A DNA stretch of 64,000 bases, taken from contig NC_085842.1 in the NCBI RefSeq assembly GCF_035594765.1, positions 232,077,747 to 232,141,746 on the forward strand, given 5' to 3'. Below, in pieces: positions 51,446-62,795 of the stretch. Origin of the DNA: Anolis carolinensis. Its lineage: Eukaryota. How positions within the stretch are numbered: the stretch's first letter is position 1; each line of letters begins with the position of its first letter. The notes under the pieces are model-generated. The model did no database searches. It was not told the DNA's origin and saw only the letters and a program-made list of their open reading frames with translations. The position numbers were made by a program, and so were the translations under genes.

Positions 51446-51960
51446 TTCACTTGTATCTGGATGATTTCCCAGGCACACCGGTTGTACTCTTTCTCTTTCA
51501 GAAAGTCATTCAGGCTTCGGAAGTATCTTTTCACTCTCAGACTGGTGAGCTGGATCCTCCGACTCCTTGGAGATGCACTCAGGCAGCTCTTCAGGTTCTC
51601 ACTCTGCTGATCCAGTCCAGCATGGAAAGCTCTCAAGGAATCCTCATCCCACAGCATTTCAGTACAGTTCTGTCTGAAGATGTGACCTGTCTGCTGGAGG
51701 ACTTCTTGGATGGCCACCTTGGCATTCTCCTCCTCAGAGACATCACGGTTTGTGGGGAGTTTGTTCTTCAGGGAGAAGCTGAATACACCTTCAATGCATT
51801 GTTGTGGAATGGTGGAATTCATCTTGCTGTTGAGAAGTTCCAGGTTGGCCTTGTTGGCTTGCCTTAGCCTGGCAAGAAGTTGGCCACAGTCCTGAGATGA
51901 GACTTCGGTAATGAGGACCATGGTCAGAGCAATAGGCAAAAGCCAGCCTTTGGTGATCAT
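51364..51960 (-). CDS. Type I interferon (IFN-3), main coding exon; predicted spliced CDS 51960-51396 + 50563-50559 (ends IQSKA)
   Basis: Closest to IFN-1 (KMNSTIP, SLKNKLP, QNCT, EYNRCAWE). TATA-like box at 52065-52072. Confidence 0.95.
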   Translation of the reverse strand: MITKGWLLPIALTMVLITEVSSQDCGQLLARLRQANKANLELLNSKMNSTIPQQCIEGVFSFSLKNKLPTNRDVSEEENAKVAIQEVLQQTGHIFRQNCTEMLWDEDSLRAFHAGLDQQSENLKSCLSASPRSRRIQLTSLRVKRYFRSLNDFLKEKEYNRCAWEIIQIQVKQCFLWIEKLIQEIQSKGMDAQIPAHI

Positions 51961-52059
51961 GGTGAAGGCACAGGAATGTGGTCTCTTCTGGAGTGCAGAA
52001 ACTGGAAGATGTGATCTCTTGGAAGATGTTCCAGTGTGTGTTATGTCCTTCAGCCATGG

Positions 52060-52185
52060 CTTTGTATTTAAACACTCAGGGACCGATGGCTTCTTTTGCC
52101 TGTTTTCGTTTAGCTTATTTTCAGATCAAGGGGGAAACCACACAGAATGGTTTCCCCTTTCTCTTTCATATCAGAACAAAAGTGC
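52060..52185 (-). promoter_or_regulatory. IFN-3 proximal promoter
   Basis: GAAAGAGAAAGGGGAAAC, perfect 10-bp dyad at 52131-52157, TTTAAATA. Confidence 0.75.
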
Positions 52186-54305
52186 TTAGTGGTGGTGAAG
52201 GAAGTTGAAAAACTTGTTGTTCTTGTTATGAAGAGCTAAAATTATTATTGCTGTTGTTATTTCTTACCAAATGGAATCAAATGAAAAGTTATTGAAATGG
52301 ATAACAAAGCAGATTTTCTATCCACACAAATTCTGGACTTTTCACTTTAATCAAATTCAATTTTTAATGAAAGACAATCTTGGAAAAGAACTTAGATTGA
52401 TGAGGCCAGACAATAACTACAATCTTTATCTTCCTTCATGTAAATCAAGCAAACCAGAAACCAATGAAGGTTAACATGGCCATGAAGATTGCTTACTTCA
52501 GTGGCTCTCAACCTGTGGGTCCCCAGATGTTTTGGCCTTCAACTCCCAGAAATCCTAACAACTGGTAAACTGGCTTGTATTTCTGGAAGTTGTAGGACAA
52601 AACACCTGGGGACCCACAGGTTGAGAACCACTGGCTTGCTTGATCACCTCTTGCTCATAGGCATCTTAATGTGTGGACTACTATAATTTTTCCATGTAAA
52701 GTGATATGTGACCTGTGCATGATATTTCATTATCCCATTGAATAGATACTTGGTTTACACAGCTCTCTGGCTGGAGAAAGCTCTCTCTCCATGAGTTGGT
52801 AATCTCAGAAGATCAGGGCCCCTTGCCTAAAGAGAACTGTCTCCATGTGTGATCCGTCAATACCCTTCTTAGGATGGTTAGAGTCATACATCCTAATTTA
52901 TTTATTTGTTTTGCCCTTGATGGGAATGTCCCTGTAACATACACTTGAGGGATGATCTCTTTAACACCCACCTAATCATAAATTTGAATAATTGTGTAAA
53001 GTGTTTTGAAAGAAATGGCTATGTTACTCTATTGTGTTATAAAAGAGTGAAGGAGTCTTGTTACTCCTTCATAACCATCATGTTTATTTTAGCATAAGCA
53101 TTTGTGAATGAATGCATATAGGCCAGATTCGTATTGCTGTGTAATGTAGATGTGTAAGATCCTTGATACATGCAGTTGCATTTTTGGTCCCAATGGAGCA
53201 TTAAGCGAGATGTGCCAATATCAACAGTTCATGTGTCCCAGTGCATGCTAAAGATTTGTGAAGTTACTCTCTGGACCATACCACAAAATGCAATTTCCCC
53301 CTGCTTCTATACTATTTCTGAGCTCCTTGTAATTCATAGCCAAGCTGTGCTTTCGAGTTTTTTCCTTACCATTGAGACATTTAAATTAGCTCAAATTACT
53401 CAAAGGGCCTGAGATAGTCACACTATTTTTTTCTCCCATTGACATTCATTGGAAAATATATTTATTCGTTTTTCTTTCTTTCTCTATCCCAATGCAAATA
53501 AGCAATGCAAATACTGTTGCATTAATAACATCTTCACAATGTAATGGTGAGGTATATGTTAATATATATATAACTGCTAGGTATGTTTCATATAGCATGC
53601 TTTTTATTTGTGAAAATTGTGCTGGAAAGCTCAATTTTAAAAACTGTGATTAGTGACAGCTTGACAAATCCAGGGATATCATGTATAGATTGATTGATAA
53701 ATTCACTGATTGTTGTGTGACCTCAAGGCATTTCCAATTTATGGTGACAATAAAAAACTATCACAGGGTATCTTGGCAAGATTTGTTTGTTAAGGGGGGG
53801 GGGGGTTCTTGTGAGACTGAGAGAGTATGACTTTCCAAAGGTCATCCTGTGGGTTTCCACAACCTAGTGGGTATCTTAACTCAGGTCTCTACAGTCATTC
53901 TCCAACACTCAAACCACAACACCACACCACCTCTCTGTCTCCGTTATGCCATTCTGTATTTGAGAGTTTTGTTTTGACACAATGGGACAACTTATTAAGA
54001 ATAGCAGCACTATCTGCTACAAGAACTAATAATTTGTGAGATCACCTTCATCTTCAAATAGTGAGATCATGACATCAAAAGGAAAAAAAAACAGGCCAAG
54101 AAAAGCCCAGCAATGTGCATTCTAGGGGCCCTTCCACACAGCCATATAACCCAGAATATCAAGGCAGAACAACCCACAATATCTGCTTTGAACTGGGTTA
54201 TCTGAGTCCACACTGCCATATATCCCAGTTCAAAACAGATAGTGTGAGATTTTATTCAGCTGTGTGGAGGGGGCCTAGGTCTATTCAGAGAAAGTGCTAA
54301 CCAGG

Positions 54306-55002
54306 TGTGCCGTCGCGCCTGGGGCTGTACTCTTAGGAAAAGAGGCATGGACGTGACATCTTTCCCCAGGGGATTGCTTCTTGCCCTCCTTTAGGGAAAC
54401 TGGAACTCCCAAGGACCAAAACACTGTAGATAACTCAAAACTGGGTTTATTGTTCACAAAGGGGGTAAAAGAAAATATACATTACAGTCTTTGATTGTTT
54501 AAGTCCATGAAGCTTGTCCAGATCCCTCTTTCTCTGGCTGTGAATGCCGGAGCAAACTCAGCCTCAGTCCAATGACCTATATCTGAAGACAAGAGTCTTC
54601 CTCTGTTGCCAAAGGACTGATGTGAAGGCGCTTGAGACTCCTCAACATTGTTCAGGTTGGCCCTGAACATGAAGTGTGAGTCCCAAGGGTAAGAACCTCA
54701 GAATTGGTGCTGAGAGGTAACTTTTGAAGGGCTTTCAGAGCCAAGCCTCTCTTTCACGTCCATCCGATAGAGAGCTTGCTGGTGGAATGAAAAGGAGGAA
54801 ACACAGTCCTACTCCAGGAAGAGGTGGAGCCAAACAGTTTTGCTGAGTGAGCAATATAACAGGTACAAACAACATTGATTGACAGATATAAATAACCAAT
54901 CCAACTACATTTACAGGGTAAGGGCAAAATCAGGCATGATACAACAATTCAATCTTGAAACTTATAGTTTGACATATAGATGGCGCCACTCGCGCCGTCA
55001 CA
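54306..55002 (-). mobile_element. Solo LTR
   Basis: TGTG...CACA termini, 5-bp target duplication CCAGG (54301-54305 and 55003-55007), minus-strand AATAAA at ~54450. Confidence 0.8.
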
Positions 55003-55290
55003 CCAGGAAGATAAAGAAATATGCCGATATAGCTTTGTTGCAGGAAGATTGGTTATAGTCAAATCATGGAAGGGAGAAAGAGAACTATTCAAGAGGGATT
55101 GGAGAAAAAAATATATAGATTACATAAAAATGGCCAAGCTGTCTAATGGACTTAAGGGTAAAAATAATGAAGAATTTGTAAACAAATGGCAGCTGGCTTT
55201 TGCATATCTTGGAAAGAAGACAAAAGTTGATTTTAAGGATGTTCCAAGGGGAACTATTTAAGAAACTTATATGGGCTTATAGGCTATAGA
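55003..55290 (+). mobile_element. L1 ORF2 extreme C-terminal fragment
   Basis: YSFVAGRLVIVKSWK...W...MAKL...FVNKW resembles reptile L1 ORF2 termini. Confidence 0.55.
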
Positions 55291-56269
55291 TATATGCACA
55301 AGTTTTTTTTCCTTCGTTTCCTCCGTGCTATCGTTTTGTTTCAACTGTTCATCTACACAAAATGAATGGTGACATTTTCGTAGGAAACAAGAGGCGACAC
55401 AAAAATGAAAGCCGCAGTCATTGTGCTTGCTTTTGTTTCACTTTCGTACTGACAAAGGGCTGCTTTCCCATTACTGCTGATGTGTATCAATGGGTGTTAA
55501 TAATAATATTCATATTAATAACGATAGTTACTCTGAGACCCTAAGCTGAGTCTGGGAGAGGAATGCCTCCCAGTCTCCATTACATCAGATGTGTACCAAT
55601 AGGTCTTAATATTAATATTAATAACAATAGTTATTCTGGGACACTAAGCTGAGTCTGAGAGAGGGCTGCTTCCCCGTGACAGCTGATGTGTGCCAATGGG
55701 TGTTAATAATAATAATAATATGATTAATAACAATAGTATGCTGGGGAAGACCCAAACATTTTAAAAGTTGGTGGGCTAAAAGTGGTCGAAATGCTCTCCA
55801 TGTGTGGTGATTTTCAGCCTTCTAGCCCGAAAACTGAGCCGGGGGGGGGGGGGGGGGGGTGAGCCTTGGAAGCCAGTGGCCCGAACATTTCTGGTTTTTT
55901 TTCATAAGCCAGATGAAAATTCATTTCGTATAGGCGGCCCATTTTCGTTAGCAGGACACAAATACAAAAATGAGACGACACAAATGAAACTGCACAAAAC
56001 GAACAGCAAATCCATATGAATGCACACCAATAGATATCATAGATAGAAGTCCCCGATGGGTGCAGCGATGGAAGGAATGTATTGTCTACTGTGTTTGTTA
56101 CTGTTTCTATATGTTTGTAAATGTATATCACTATTTTTCCTTTTTGTTTAAATAATAATACAATTGATTTATTTAAAAGGAAAGCTAATATAGATAAAAA
56201 TCTAAAGCCAATTGTTGCTCCAATTATAAAAGACCCATTGCATACATATTAAATCTTGGATTACAAAAA

Positions 56270-56637
56270 AGAAACCACAATGCTTTGGGTCTTTCCCCTG
56301 CTTCTCTTCTACTTGCATTTTAACCTGCTCTTGATGATGCAAAGAAAACAGCTGAGTGAAACAGTTGCATTGGAGGGAAGAGCCCTCTTGTTCAGCTTTC
56401 ACTTGATTGCTTCTGTGGCTTTATTACTAGAAAGCAAACCAGCTGGTGTTTCTGTTCCTCTTCACGTGCTCCTAAATCATTTCACATCCAAGAGTGATAT
56501 TGAAATACGCTATCCAGCCTTGCTGCACAGGAAGATTGGGGATGTGTTGCTTCTAAAGCGAATGCTTGCAGGCCTTAGAGTATTTACAAAAATCAGCACA
56601 GGGATTTGTGGGACATAAATACTATGTACCCAACTCA
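56270..56637. promoter_or_regulatory. Candidate shared enhancer between IFN-3 and IFN-4 (inverted copy)
   Basis: GGGTCTTTCC at 56287-56296, AAGTGAAAGCTGAA (minus, 56391-56404), EICE-type GGAACAGAAA (minus, within 56448-56460), CACGTG at 56463-56468. Confidence 0.6.
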
Positions 56638-57165
56638 AGGAGCTCCCAGTGGCTCCTTGCTAGATCAGGGTATAGGGTGAGCCCCCACTCTTAGCCCCAG
56701 CTTCTGCTAACCTAGCAGTTCAAAAAGGCCCGGGCTGTGGCGCAGGCTGGAGAGCAAGCCAGCTGCAACCAGCTGCAATGAATCACTCTGACCAGGAGGT
56801 CATGAGTTCGAGGCCCGCTCGGAGCCTGTGTTTGTCTTGTCTTTGTTCTATGTTAAAAGGCATTGAATGTTTGCCTATATGTGTAATGTGATCTGCCCTG
56901 AGTCTCCTTCGGGGTGAGAAGGGCGGAATATAAATGCTGTAAATAAATAAATAAATAAATAAAAACATGCAAATGTGAGTAGGTCAATAGGTACCGCTCC
57001 GGCAGGAAGGTAATAGCGTTCCATGCAATCATGCTGGCCACATGACCTTCGAGGTGTCTACGGACAATGCCAGCTCTTCGGCTTGGAAATTGAGATGAGC
57101 ATCACCCCGCAGAGTCGGATACAACTAGACTTAATGTCAGGGGAAAATCTTTACCTTTATTTTAC
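56638..57165 (+). mobile_element. Sauria SINE with a nested Anolis SINE2-like element (~56728-56962)
   Basis: Flanking TACCCAACTC duplication. The nested element has a tRNA-like head, L2-type tail and (AAAT)n. Confidence 0.8.
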
Positions 57166-57457
57166 CCAACTCTAACACAGGCAAATATGTTTTGTTCCCA
57201 GTAAATTTGAGCCCCAACTCTTGACACTTAAAAGACCAGCAGATCTGTCTATTTACAGACACATTCTAGGATGTGTACAATAAACTGGCCCTTTGAAGAT
57301 CCTTATATCCCATCTCACCTTTATCTTAGCCACACAATCATCTACTTGTGCAAAGTTCCCTGGGGGTTGAATATAACATTCCTGAATGCATCAGATGAGT
57401 TAAGTTAAAATTTACGAAAGCTCCAGCTAAAATATATATAAAATAGAGCAACACAGT

Positions 57458-57565
57458 CAGGGCTGTAGCCAGAAAAAAAATTCGGGGGGGGGGGGTGTGT
57501 GTGTGTGTGTGAAAATTTCGGGGGGGGGGGTTAAACCCTAAAACCGCCCCCTCGCTACAGGCCTG
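57458..57565. mobile_element. hAT MITE, short copy
   Basis: Same TIRs as 46051-46330; 8-bp target duplication AACACAGT. Confidence 0.85.
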
Positions 57566-58394
57566 AACACAGTCATCTCTCTCAAAGCCTTTTTTTTCCA
57601 ACTAGTCATATTTAAAGGGGGGCTGATTATGAGATCTCGTTCAGGTATATGATATGGGGAAATGCCAGTGCAAAGAATAAGACATGTGAGATGTTTGACC
57701 CTGCCCTGTCTAAGTTAGCATAAGAATGGAAAAGGGATTGCCACAGGCAAAGCAACACCTTGAGCAGTTCTCTGTAGCCAAAGCGTCCCCAACTTATGTA
57801 GAAAGCCTTATTCAACCATAAACATGTGCACACCAATACTACTGAAAGTGCAAACTACTCTATGTGTGTGTAAACTGCAATCCAAGTATCCACTTCTCCC
57901 TGTCTGAATATGTGCCTAGAGTTATGGGGAACTTTGCTTCAGGTGGGGATGGTCTACTGATGGAACCATGAAACATCCCAGAAGAAACATCACAGACAGG
58001 ACCTTCATATCAATTCATGTCACTTCATGTACATGTGAAACCAATAGATCTAATCCATACATTACATTGTCTATGAACATGAGCCAAGTAATGAACTCAT
58101 GACAGTGTGAACCAACCATTTCTCCTTCATTGTGGTCTCTTCTGATTGTTCTACATAGAAACAGCTAAAGGCAGTAGAGTTTGCCTGCTCCTAGTTGCAC
58201 TAAAAGTTTCAAGAGTGTTTTTCGTTTTTTAAAAGAAATTTTGAGAAATAAAGAGATAAGAATTATTGGAAAGAAATTCCGATTTGTGCTATCAGTTATA
58301 ATTAGTTTACATTAATAATACTAATAAGAATAATTCAAGCTTGCAATAACAAGAAAAAACAGTTTTTCCTCCCCCATCACCCCTCTGCATTGAG

Positions 58395-58520
58395 CACTTT
58401 TGTTCTGATATGGAAGAGAAAGGGAAATTACAGTGTGTAGTTTCCCCATTGATCTTAAAATAATCTAAATGGAAAGGGGCAAAAGAAACCATCGTACCCT
58501 GAGTGTTTAAATACAAAGCC
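58395..58520 (+). promoter_or_regulatory. IFN-4 proximal promoter
   Basis: GAGAAAGGGAAA, dyad at 58422-58446, TTTAAATA at 58506-58513. Confidence 0.75.
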
Positions 58521-58617
58521 ATGGCTGGAGGACGCAACACACACTGGGACATCTTCCAAGAAACCCCATCTTCCAGATTCTGCACTCAAGAAAAAAACAC
58601 TGTCCTCCTCCTTCACC

Positions 58618-59172
58618 ATGGTTAGCAAAGGTTGGTTTTTGTGCATTGGACTTCCTATGGTCCTCATCATTGAAGTCTCATCTCAGGACTGTGACCAACT
58701 TTGCAGCTGGCTCCAACAAGCCAACCAGGCCAACGTGGAACTTCTGAATAGCAAGATGGGATCCACGATTCCACAACAATGCATTGAAGATGTATTCAGC
58801 TTCTCTCCCAAAGAGGATCTGAGAAACCTTGATGTCTCTGAGGAGGAGAATGCCAAGGTGGCCATCCAAGAAGTCCTCCAGCAGACAGGTCACATCTTCA
58901 GACAGAACCGTACTGAAATGTTGTGGGATGAGGATTCCTTGAGAGCTTTCCATGCTGGACTGGATCAGCAAAGTGAGAACCTGAAGAGTTGCCTGAGTGC
59001 ATCTCCAAGGAGTCAGAGGATCCAGCTCACCAGTCTGAGAGTGAAAAGATACTTCCGAAGCCTGAATGATTTCCTGAAAGAGAAAGAGTACAGCCGGTGT
59101 GCCTGGGAAATCGTCCAGATCCAAGTCAAGCAATGCTTTCTCTGGATTGAAAAACTCATTCAAATGATCTGA
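58618..59172 (+). CDS. Type I interferon (IFN-4), 184 aa, with an intron just after the stop codon
   Basis: Signal peptide, QDC, KRYF and CAWE. The TGA stop aligns with CGA/CAA in paralogues. TATA-like box at 58506-58513. Confidence 0.95.
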   Translation: MVSKGWFLCIGLPMVLIIEVSSQDCDQLCSWLQQANQANVELLNSKMGSTIPQQCIEDVFSFSPKEDLRNLDVSEEENAKVAIQEVLQQTGHIFRQNRTEMLWDEDSLRAFHAGLDQQSENLKSCLSASPRSQRIQLTSLRVKRYFRSLNDFLKEKEYSRCAWEIVQIQVKQCFLWIEKLIQMI

Positions 59173-59179
59173 AACAAAG

Positions 59180-59376
59180 GTATGAAGGGAAAGATTCCCA
59201 CAACCATAGAATTAATAATATAACTAAAAAACAAATATAGCAGTTATATTTTTGCTGTATTAAAATGGGCCAAATTGATAGCTCGATTTCTAGTCATTAA
59301 AAATCTTTTAAACATTTAAAATTAAGCTATTTCTAACTGAGTAGAAAGTTTGAACTTCTTTTCTTCATCCTTGCAG
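59180..59376 (+). other. Predicted 3' UTR intron of IFN-4 (197 bp)
   Basis: TGA AAC AAA G|GTATGA ... CTAAC ... CTTTTCTTCATCCTTGCAG|CTTAA. Confidence 0.8.
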
Positions 59377-59851
59377 CTTAACCAACAATCGCTGATGCAA
59401 GAAGAGCTGATCAGTAAAATTGACCCAATTGTCCAGGAGATTTCTCCAGTGAGATCTTCGCAGAAAGCAAGAATACTTTTCTTCCCTGTTCTTCTGTTCC
59501 TAAATGCTTTTCCACAGTTGAGAGTAATTCTGCCTTGAATGTTTACAGAGAAGAAACTAAAGGAGCACAATTACCAAGAAAACATTGGCTTTTTTTTTTG
59601 GCTAATCATGGACATGTCTATATTAGGATAGGATATCTTGAAATGAATAGCAAAGTGCAAATTCACTGTAGCTATATGTCACTTTTAATGATGCTCCTCT
59701 CATGGAATTCTGATGTTGTTATTTATTTTGTGGAGTCAAATATGTGTTTGTATTACTGGATTTTTGAATATATGCTATTATTTATTGTCTTTATTTAATA
59801 TTACTTATTTATATTTTTATTGACTTATTTAAATGTATTTATTTAAATAAA
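59377..59851 (+). other. IFN-4 terminal exon / AU-rich 3' UTR
   Basis: Dense ATTTA cluster at ~59775-59845 and AATAAA at 59846-59851. Confidence 0.65.
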
Positions 59852-60217
59852 ACTCACTTCCAAAATCCATGAATAGTTGGGATTATTTTTCACATTTTAA
59901 TAAAGACAGGTTACATTCATAAATAAAGTAAGACCCAAACTAAAGCATGGCCTCTTGCCTTTGATACAAACCATTTTTTGTGTGTGTCAGGGGCGACTTA
60001 AGAAACTGTAAGTCACTTCTGGTGTAAAAGAACTGGCCGTCTGCAAAGACGGTGCCCAGGGGATGTCTGGATGTTTGATGCTTTACCATCCTTGTGGGAG
60101 GCTTCTCTCATGTCCCTGCATGGGGAGCTGGAGCTGACAGAGGGAGCTCATCTGCTATCCCGGATTCGAACTGCTGACCTATCAGTCAGCAGTCCTGCTG
60201 GCACGAGGGTTTAACCC

Positions 60218-60351
60218 NNNNNNNNNNNNNNNNNNNNNNNNNNNNNNNNNNNNNNNNNNNNNNNNNNNNNNNNNNNNNNNNNNNNNNNNNNNNNNNNNNN
60301 NNNNNNNNNNNNNNNNNNNNNNNNNNNNNNNNNNNNNNNNNNNNNNNNNNN
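60218..60351. other. Assembly gap
   Basis: Run of N. Confidence 1.
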
Positions 60352-61514
60352 TGCCCAAGGGTGCCCAAATGTTTTTGATGTTTTACTATCCTTGTGAGAG
60401 GCTTCTCTCATATCCCCACTTGGAGCTGGAGCTTGGGATTAAGTCATTGGAAGTTGCTGAAACATTTTGTTACTAGGTCATATTTCTCTACTAGTAAATA
60501 TTTACAGTGGGGGTGGTCAATGCTACATGAGTTGTAGATAAAAGGAAATCCAATTGAGCAACCAACATGACTTTCCAAAAGCTTTAAACTGTGTGTGTGA
60601 ATGCTCCTGTCTTAATTCATGTGTGCTTTTAAAAACCTTTCCCAATGGATATATGGGTAATCAAATATCCAAACAATACAGTAAACACTGGATAGAGCAT
60701 CTAGAGATGCTGTGTTGAATGACAGCTTGGTGTTTCCATAGATACAATTGTTTGTCCATAAGATTCTCCTTGCTTGATCCGGAACACTACTTTTCTGTTT
60801 GTCTGAATCACATGGACAGAGACCTGTACCCATGTAGCTGTGTGAGTGTAAGTTACGTGCAGACATTTATGTGAATATTTACATCTTAGGGGATGCCTGT
60901 TGTCATAATCCCATCGTACTCATTGGACACAGTTGTAATGTTAGTTTAGCAATTGGATATTTGTGCCCTATTCATGGGGGGCTGAGACTACACAGGTAGA
61001 ACTTCTTATCAGGAACTATCAGAGCTGGTTTAACATACATCAGTCAAGTGTCAAGTCACCAAGTGAAATACATGCACGTCTGATCCAACCATTTATGCTT
61101 TATCTCTCCAGAACTGCTCAGATCAGTCCAATGGGAAAGTCAAATACTGAGATCCCTGTTTAAGTCTGAATGTAAGATGAGAAATTTTAGCAGTCCCTCA
61201 TTTTTTGTCTCATAAAATCAATTAACTGTAGCTACAAGTGAAAAAGAAGTCTGGTTTTTGCTGTCTTCAGGGAATCACTCCAGATCAAACGAATATTTTG
61301 ACCAGCATTATATTTATTTTATTTGAATGGAAAAAAATTGTAAAAAGTATTCACAGATCATAAAGTGGCATGCAGGGAAAACAGCTCCTGAACGTTGAAA
61401 TAAAAAGGGTTGAAAAATGCAGCAGTTTCTAAAACGTCTAAGAAAACTGTTCTTCTAGACACTGTGCTACAATACAAGAAAGAAAGAAAAACCTACACTC
61501 TTTTCATCCCAAAT

Positions 61515-62084
61515 ATGACCACAAAGACTTGGCTCCTTGACATTTGCCTTATGATGTTTCTTGTCACTGAAATGTTGTCCCAAAACTGTAGTCATCTTCG
61601 TAAACATCTTCTGGATGACAACAAGGAGAACTTGGCAGTTTTGAAAAGTCAATTGGGATCGGTTTTTCCCCTACAATGCCTGAATGATGTGATCAGCTTT
61701 TCATCCCAGCCTGAAGAAGAAAACATCCAAAGTATTTTTGAACTCCAGAAAGAGAATGCCGCCGTAGCCCTCCATGAAATCCTCCAACAGATTCTTTGCC
61801 TCTACATCCAAAACCATACCAAATTGCCTTGGGATGAGAATTCCATTGGCATTTTAAAGGTTGGACTGAAGCAGGAAATCGCAAAATTGACACCGTGCTT
61901 GAGTGAAGACAAACAAGAGATCAGGGAAGACGTGAAAAAATATTTTGAACGAATCCATACTTTCCTAAAAGACGGGGAGTATAATGAGTGTGCTTGGGAA
62001 GTCGCTCAAATCGAAGTTAGTCGATTTTTCATGGTGATGGAGCAGCTCATCAGAACACTTCATACCAAAGGTAGGTGTATGTAA
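61515..62084 (+). CDS. Divergent type I interferon (IFN-5), main coding exon
   Basis: ATG 61515 gives MTTKTWLLDICLMMFLVTEMLS-QNC, then FPLQCL, LHEILQQ, PWDE, PCL, KKYFERI and YNECAWE. Donor AAG|GTAGGT at 62070/62071. Confidence 0.95.
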   Translation: MTTKTWLLDICLMMFLVTEMLSQNCSHLRKHLLDDNKENLAVLKSQLGSVFPLQCLNDVISFSSQPEEENIQSIFELQKENAAVALHEILQQILCLYIQNHTKLPWDENSIGILKVGLKQEIAKLTPCLSEDKQEIREDVKKYFERIHTFLKDGEYNECAWEVAQIEVSRFFMVMEQLIRTLHTKGRCM

Positions 62085-62464
62085 TTCTTACATAATGCTT
62101 TTGTTAGGAATTAAACGGTCCATTTAGGGAGTTACCAGTTTGGGATCTTAGAAATTACCCCCATGGAATGCTCACAATTCAAAGCTATGTGTTAGAAGAG
62201 CATTTCCAACCTGGTTATTTCTGAATTGTACAACAATGGCATATCCTCAAACCAAAACTGTGTGTGTGAACATGGGCTTCATAGCTCAAATTTAACATAA
62301 CTTGTAACTTGATTATTTTAAGAGTGAGATTAAGTCTTTTAATTTAAATTTCCTGACCTTACTTGCCCACACTTGCCAAGAGGGCATGCTGATGTTTGTA
62401 TTCAGCCCAGAACCTCATCATACCATACACTTATAGTACTATGATTGCACTTTAACCACCATGG

Positions 62465-62760
62465 TGTTGGGGATTGTGGATGATGAATGATAGATGGAAG
62501 CTCTTACGTGTGCCCATGAGCCCAGAATGATGCACTACTCAGCTTTGCAGAACAAATAACACAGAAACTTTTACTGAAGCCAAAAGACCAACAGAACAAT
62601 GATATTTACAATTGCCCTTCTGTTTGTTTACAGAAATCAGCAGTTATAGGCAGTCCTTTCTTAGTCCATAAGTCTGCCTCAGTGAAGAGCAGCAGCAAAG
62701 AAGACCTGAGAAATAGTCAGGCCTCTCTGAGTACAGAGGCATTCCAGCCAGTACTCAGTA

Positions 62761-62795
<35 letters not shown>

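Noticed and set aside
37085-59163. Long antisense ORFs over each IFN gene (37085-37504, 42309-42827, 51370-51867, 58678-59163)
   Set aside because: Shadows of the conserved sense codons, with variable starts and stops and no independent signals.
59953-59959. miR-31 seed match downstream of IFN-4
   Set aside because: Lies beyond the AATAAA signals, so probably outside the mRNA.
61410-61514. TTG-initiated extension of IFN-5
   Set aside because: Non-ATG start; the signal peptide aligns from ATG 61515.
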